Source: a virus (taxonomy: Duplodnaviria > Caudoviricetes). From it: DNA of 64,000 nt. The translations under genes and the position numbers were made by a program. Shown here piece by piece: positions 59,639-64,000 of the stretch; position 1 is the stretch's first letter; the number at the start of each line of letters is the position of its first letter. The notes below the pieces were generated by a model. It was not told the DNA's origin, did not search any database, and saw nothing but the letters and a program-made list of their open reading frames with translations. Where the stretch lies: the IMG/VR virus record IMGVR_UViG_3300047557_001693, positions 28,532-92,531 of that record. One strand, 5' to 3'.

Positions 59639-60141
59639 ATCCTTTCAACCCTTTCATCAGTATTAATTTCAACATCTAAATCAGCATACTTATCCCATGT
59701 CATTTGATTAAACCATGTTCTAATATCCTGAAAGAAGTTTTCACTATTACCCTTCTTTCTAAGTTTCATCTCTACAACTAAACCTTTGTACATTCTCTCT
59801 GCAACATTAGAATCTTTTCTCAAATAATGATTGAACTTAGACAAACAATGCTTACCATCAGCAGAGTCAATACTTTTGGCTTTTAATACCCTAGTACCAA
59901 CTTTGTGAGGATAAGCATCATAAGTCTTAACAAATAACATCATTGCATCAGATACCTTTGGTCTTATTACATCTAAACCTTCATTAGTTATCTCAAAATC
60001 TTGATTCATATAACCTAATTCTATTAGACTATCAAAATCAATTTCATTTGGTAAACCATTAGCTAATACATGTAAATATGCATATTCTAATACTGTGAGT
60101 CCAAGATTATCAGTTACTTCTGTGTCAATTACTATCTTCAT
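59635..60141 (-). CDS. Putative replication initiator / helicase-loader-like protein
   Basis: N-terminal wHTH-like segment, 'YDAYP' and C-terminal 'TWFNQMTWDKY'; directly upstream of dnaB. Confidence 0.5.
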   Translation of the reverse strand: MKIVIDTEVTDNLGLTVLEYAYLHVLANGLPNEIDFDSLIELGYMNQDFEITNEGLDVIRPKVSDAMMLFVKTYDAYPHKVGTRVLKAKSIDSADGKHCLSKFNHYLRKDSNVAERMYKGLVVEMKLRKKGNSENFFQDIRTWFNQMTWDKYADLDVEINTDERVERI

Positions 60142-60517
60142 CTTCTAAATCCTCCTCTTTTAAACCTGCTATTTGAACTAGTGATGTAGACATAACTATA
60201 ATAGATTTAGCTTGTTTCTCTCTATCTTCATCAGATAAAGATGAATCTAAATATAGTTGTGTATACTTACCTTCAAAGAATCTAACAATATCTATTGCAG
60301 TATCACCAATAAATAGTAGAAACTCTTTGCTTCCATCTTCAGTTTTACCTGAAGTAAAGAAAGCAATTTTTTCATCTGTAGTATCAAATATTGTCATTAT
60401 ATCAGTTCCTTCTTTAACATAAGATAGTAATTCATAAAATGAATTCTTACCTTCTGTAAAATTTTCTGAATAATCTACAATATTATCTAATCCTACAATT
60501 GTTTTAATAGTACCCAT
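60125..60517 (-). CDS. Hypothetical protein
   Basis: 130-aa acidic ORF overlapping its neighbours. Confidence 0.55.
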   Translation of the reverse strand: MGTIKTIVGLDNIVDYSENFTEGKNSFYELLSYVKEGTDIMTIFDTTDEKIAFFTSGKTEDGSKEFLLFIGDTAIDIVRFFEGKYTQLYLDSSLSDEDREKQAKSIIVMSTSLVQIAGLKEEDLEDEDSN

Positions 60518-60713
60518 TATTTTTAAACATTAAGTCATAATCATCCTCCTCTATAATCCTTTCATTGTATAGTTCTTCAACTTGTGATAATTCCACATCA
60601 ACTTCATAAACATCGTTTATCAATAGTTTTACTTTTTCTGGAGTATTGCTCCAAATTCCTGGATAAACTGATTTTATACAGTTAATGCAGAATACTAACT
60701 CATCTTTTGTCAT
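60504..60713 (-). CDS. Small hypothetical protein
   Basis: 69-aa ORF with ATGA-type overlap with the helicase stop. Confidence 0.5.
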   Translation of the reverse strand: MTKDELVFCINCIKSVYPGIWSNTPEKVKLLINDVYEVDVELSQVEELYNERIIEEDDYDLMFKNNGYY

Positions 60714-61840
60714 AGATTTCTAGAATTAATGAATGTTATTTTTTGTTTATCTAAGTTCTCTGAACATTTTTCCCACCATACTTCATCTTGTGTACCTATT
60801 GTAACTAAAATCCATATAACAGCTTCATGATTAGGTCTGAATCTTACAATCCTACCCATTTGCTGTATAATGTTTCTTTCTACACTATTTACTTGAATAA
60901 TAATAGCAGAATCTAAATCTGGTATGTTCTCACCCTCATTTAATGCTTTAACACAACTAAGTTTGTCAATCTCTTTAGCCCTTAGTCTAGCTAAACTATT
61001 ACCTTTTGATTTAGAATGAAAGGTATCTGAACACATCTCTTCAGCTTGAGCTATTGAATGACAGAATATTAATGATCTATCATTTGTAATATACTTATCT
61101 CTAATTAGTTTAGCAACATCTGTTTTAGATTTAAGATTACCTAAGAATCGTTGCCTGTTTAATTGTGCAAACATAGCAGCTTTCTGCTTACCAGCATACT
61201 TTAACTGCAATATTTGTTTAGATAAATATTGATAGTGATTATATTCTGTAGTCAAAAATGGTTTTGCTTTAGTACCAGCTTGTATATACTTGTTAGTGTT
61301 ATCTAACTGTATTTGTACAAGATTGATTCTATATGGAGCAACAACACCATTTTCTACAGCATCATCCAGTTTATATTCATATACTACAGGACAATGTAAC
61401 TTAACCAACATCTTCTTAATTTCATCAGATGGTGGAGTAGCAGATAGACCAAGAACTCTATCAGAAGTATTCTGAGTAAAGAATTTAGAATTATTTTCAG
61501 TAATGTTCTGAAGCTCATCTAATATAATGAGATCATAATGATTACTTTCAATCTTGTTTAGTGAAACATAGCAATACCTATCAAGAAACTTGTAGTATCT
61601 TGTCATTTTCCACTTCTTAAATTCATCTAACCAGTTCTGATCTCTCAAGCTTTCTGTGGGAACAGCAAGTAAAATCTTAGGTTTTTTAATACCTAATGTC
61701 TTTACTAAATACTCAATAGCTAACAGAGCACATCTGGATTTACCAGAACCTGTAGCCATAGCCAATGAACCTTTACAATTATTGTCTATCCAAGTTTGTA
61801 ATGCTTCATTTTGAATTTCATTCTTTTTAGTTGTACTCAT
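60710..61840 (-). CDS. Superfamily 2 DNA helicase (UvsW/XPB-like)
   Basis: 'ATGSGKS', 'VPT', 'LDELQ', 'GLSATP', 'LNEGENIPDLD' and 'QQMGRIVR'. Confidence 0.9.
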   Translation of the reverse strand: MSTTKKNEIQNEALQTWIDNNCKGSLAMATGSGKSRCALLAIEYLVKTLGIKKPKILLAVPTESLRDQNWLDEFKKWKMTRYYKFLDRYCYVSLNKIESNHYDLIILDELQNITENNSKFFTQNTSDRVLGLSATPPSDEIKKMLVKLHCPVVYEYKLDDAVENGVVAPYRINLVQIQLDNTNKYIQAGTKAKPFLTTEYNHYQYLSKQILQLKYAGKQKAAMFAQLNRQRFLGNLKSKTDVAKLIRDKYITNDRSLIFCHSIAQAEEMCSDTFHSKSKGNSLARLRAKEIDKLSCVKALNEGENIPDLDSAIIIQVNSVERNIIQQMGRIVRFRPNHEAVIWILVTIGTQDEVWWEKCSENLDKQKITFINSRNL

Positions 61841-62069
61841 TTATGTATTCTAAACAAAGTTCTTCTATGTATTCTATACAATTCTTTTTACCATCTAACC
61901 AAAACAAAACATCTATCAAATCACCTTCAACTAATTCTACATGATTTATTTCAAAACTATCTCCTGTTCCTGGATGTTCCCATGTTCTAGGTTCACCTGG
62001 TTCAAAGTAACCTGATACTTGTAATTTAAAATCTGATTCTCTTATTAATACTGTTTCTAATTGTGTCAT
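61827..62069 (-). CDS. Small conserved phage protein
   Basis: 'GYFEPGEPRTWEHPG' motif; overlaps the helicase start. Confidence 0.55.
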   Translation of the reverse strand: MTQLETVLIRESDFKLQVSGYFEPGEPRTWEHPGTGDSFEINHVELVEGDLIDVLFWLDGKKNCIEYIEELCLEYINEYN

Positions 62070-62070
62070 A

Positions 62071-62277
62071 TTACCATTTATCTAAATTTATTGTTTTAGG
62101 TACAAGCATTTGTTGCCTGATTTCTTTTTTAATTAAAGGGTTTCTATATGTGCCAGTTTTAACTACTGGTACATGCTTTCTAACCCATTTAGTAGGAATA
62201 TACCTCTTCCTATAATGAGAGTCATGAAAACTAGGAGTACAAGACACCAAGCACAGTAACAAGAGTATAGCTCTCAT
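62071..62277 (-). CDS. Small lipoprotein
   Basis: Signal MRAILLLLCLVS|C (lipobox); basic mature part. Confidence 0.6.
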   Translation of the reverse strand: MRAILLLLCLVSCTPSFHDSHYRKRYIPTKWVRKHVPVVKTGTYRNPLIKKEIRQQMLVPKTINLDKW

Positions 62278-62519
62278 TATTTAAATGCTCTATGTCTTTC
62301 CTTTCTTATAGTTTTTGTTGATAATACTTGTTTTGGATCAATATTATTATTTTTCAACAACCATTCTTGAACATAACTATCAATGACAGTTTCATCAAAA
62401 TAAACTAATTTAACAGTATCTCTACTATTATCTTTCATAGTTACTTCTATATGTTCTGTAATAATATAATTAGTTCTGCAAGAAGCAAATAACAATGCTA
62501 TTATTACCAGTTGTTTCAT
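62277..62519 (-). CDS. Small lipoprotein
   Basis: Signal MKQLVIIALLFAS|C (lipobox). Confidence 0.65.
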   Translation of the reverse strand: MKQLVIIALLFASCRTNYIITEHIEVTMKDNSRDTVKLVYFDETVIDSYVQEWLLKNNNIDPKQVLSTKTIRKERHRAFK

Positions 62520-62523
62520 ACTA

Positions 62524-62531
62524 CAAAGATA
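62524..62531 (-). promoter_or_regulatory. Bacteroidota -7 promoter element
   Basis: CAAAGATA on + (TATCTTTG on -), 4 nt before the lipoprotein ATG; possibly leaderless. Confidence 0.55.
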
Positions 62532-63371
62532 CTAAAATATGTACCTGATTGTAGATAGGTCAAAGTATTCACTGTATAAAGCCTTGAAATCTTTAATCAT
62601 CTGAGCTTTCAAATCCCATTTGTATCTGATGTTATCAGCAGCATACTGTGAATCTTTTCTTTCCTGAATTTCAGGTTTCCAACATAGTTCATTAACTTGT
62701 TTGTCATTCTTGATAAACTGTACATTATTATAAGTCAAGAATATACATTCTGACTTAAAATCTATACCTTTTAGTTTTTCAAACAATTCTCTGTAATGTT
62801 CTAGCCAATTATCATGATATATGATAGGACTAAAATTAAGATGTACCTCCATCTTCTCTTGAAGTTTAGGTATCATACTAATTCTAGTATCTATACTATC
62901 TGTATTAGGTTCTAGAATATCTGAATAAACTTGTGGCATCAAACTAACTCTAATTCTGTGCTTGTCCTTAACTAAATTATAGTCTCTAAATCTGGATGGA
63001 TATTTGGTTGCAAATGTAGATTTTAAACATGGATGATTGTTAAAAAAGTCAAAAACCTTTTGCCAATCATAATACTTACTATGTAAACATACATCTGTAC
63101 TACAACCTATATCAATAACATAGTATTTTTCATCTACTTGATTTGGTACTTTGGGCCATCTTTGAGATGTAGACCAATTATAAATAGACATTAGTATTGC
63201 ATCAACATTCTCATTGACAAATACTTTACTATCATTATGTCTACCTACATAGCAGTAAGAAGACATACATCCACCTAAACAACCATAAATAAAATTAGGA
63301 CTTATTGCATCAGAACTTCTACCATTATCCCTCGTTAGTAGAGTCTTGGTTTTCTGGTGCTTTATTTCCAT
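62532..63371 (-). CDS. Spore photoproduct lyase family radical SAM protein
   Basis: 'NGRSSDAISPN..YGCLGGCMSSYCYVGRH', 'DIGCSTD', 'FATKY', 'R+RVSLMPQ' and 'EVHLNFSPII'. Confidence 0.8.
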   Translation of the reverse strand: MEIKHQKTKTLLTRDNGRSSDAISPNFIYGCLGGCMSSYCYVGRHNDSKVFVNENVDAILMSIYNWSTSQRWPKVPNQVDEKYYVIDIGCSTDVCLHSKYYDWQKVFDFFNNHPCLKSTFATKYPSRFRDYNLVKDKHRIRVSLMPQVYSDILEPNTDSIDTRISMIPKLQEKMEVHLNFSPIIYHDNWLEHYRELFEKLKGIDFKSECIFLTYNNVQFIKNDKQVNELCWKPEIQERKDSQYAADNIRYKWDLKAQMIKDFKALYSEYFDLSTIRYIF

Positions 63372-63627
63372 CTTTTAAAATAAATACAATGTGACCTTTG
63401 TTAAACATCATGTCAGATATAATCATATCTTCATTTACATCAAAATAATACTTTAGATTAGTTCCTATTTGAAGATACGGTCCACCACTTGGATCTACCA
63501 TTTTATAATCTCCATGCATTACAAATCTCATGTAATTTGGTTCATAACCTGTCATAATTACCTTGTTTTCTTCTGTTTTCTCAAATGTGATTTCATCACC
63601 ACTCCTGTTAAAATAGCTTGTTTTCAT
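63325..63627 (-). CDS. Hypothetical protein
   Basis: 'NRSGDEITF' and 'VDPSGGPY' motifs of small phage proteins. Confidence 0.55.
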   Translation of the reverse strand: MKTSYFNRSGDEITFEKTEENKVIMTGYEPNYMRFVMHGDYKMVDPSGGPYLQIGTNLKYYFDVNEDMIISDMMFNKGHIVFILKDGNKAPENQDSTNEG

Positions 63628-63824
63628 AGTTTTACATATTTTGTCTTTACATATTGAGTGTCAATAGGAACTAGCTCAGTATTGTTAAAATAAATAGCTT
63701 GTTCTTTTGTTATCTCATCAAAACAAAAATATCCTTGTTGATAAGATAATTTGTAGTGACTTATATTTTGACTACCATCTGATAAAAGTATTACACTACA
63801 TATAATTTTTAAAATTGTTTCCAT
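63624..63824 (-). CDS. Small hypothetical protein with hydrophobic N-terminus
   Basis: 66-aa ORF with ATGA overlap to the next gene. Confidence 0.45.
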   Translation of the reverse strand: METILKIICSVILLSDGSQNISHYKLSYQQGYFCFDEITKEQAIYFNNTELVPIDTQYVKTKYVKL

Positions 63825-63842
63825 TTTTCTTATTGTTGTTGT

Positions 63843-63998
63843 TTATTGAACTATATATCTATAACTAATAGAACCATTTTTATATTTTATTATTTTAAAA
63901 CCAGATGAGTTTAGATTTGTTGGTCTACCAAATTCATCATAAACTTCATATTCTAACTTATCAGGATTATAAACACTAATAACACTATATTCAGTACT
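63843..63998 (-). CDS. 3' end of a gene with a T9SS type A-like C-terminal domain (truncated by the window edge)
   Basis: My own translation (not in the ORF track): STEYSVISVYNPDKLEYEVYDEFGRPTNLNSSGFKIIKYKNGSISYRYIVQ*. Confidence 0.55.
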   Translation of the reverse strand, partial: STEYSVISVYNPDKLEYEVYDEFGRPTNLNSSGFKIIKYKNGSISYRYIVQ

Positions 63999-64000
63999 AT

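Noticed and set aside
49268-63657. Small ORFs overlapping the minus-strand genes (49268-49519, 52874-53188, 56858-57055, 61290-61475, 63469-63657)
   Set aside because: They overlap well-supported genes, terminators or promoters and have no coding features.
1-64000. tRNA genes, CRISPR arrays, DGR or retron, integrase, DNA polymerase, capsid and terminase genes
   Set aside because: Intergenic gaps are at most ~80 nt and AT-rich, with no cloverleaf or regularly spaced repeats. No reverse transcriptase, integrase or DNA polymerase motifs are visible; the head and polymerase genes presumably lie outside the window.

Overview
The whole window reads as a ~64 kb segment of a very AT-rich crAss-like (Crassvirales-related) phage of a Bacteroidota host, in the standard genetic code. 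The + strand block (1-45473) runs from tail and fibre genes through a lysis region with two endolysins, a ring/IHF-like/tail-tubular/tail-stabiliser ('muzzle') module, and four virion cargo proteins of 2396, 627, 4413 and 1895 aa. The 4413-aa protein carries the crAss-type virion RNA polymerase motif DFDID and a zincin motif. A bidirectional terminator at ~45479-45510 separates this from a converging - strand replication and nucleotide-metabolism block (dut, thyX, HNH, class II nrdJ, phosphoesterase, 5'-3' exonuclease, resolvase, primase, SSB-like, Sak4-like ATPase, M28 peptidase, DnaB, SF2 helicase, SplB-like radical SAM). Bacteroidota TAnnTTTG promoter elements occur before several genes. 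Three observations stand out. (1) A phage-encoded, apparently 'split' type IX secretion (T9SS) adhesin cluster lies inside the lysis region: two signal-peptide proteins share a C-terminal P-x-P-T-x-x-I-Y-T-[ND] tail and a third carries a type B CTD. A second, type A-like CTD gene appears at the right edge. (2) The 2396-aa cargo protein looks like a polyprotein, divided by ~18 x-[AS]-x-G-G-like motifs into modules (zincin, ADP-ribosyltransferase-like, basic, beta-barrel-like, TonB-box-like motifs). (3) A P-loop kinase cassette sits inside the 1895-aa cargo protein and shares a 17-nt GTPEQ block with the ART module. All calls rest on motifs recognised by eye; no database searches were run.
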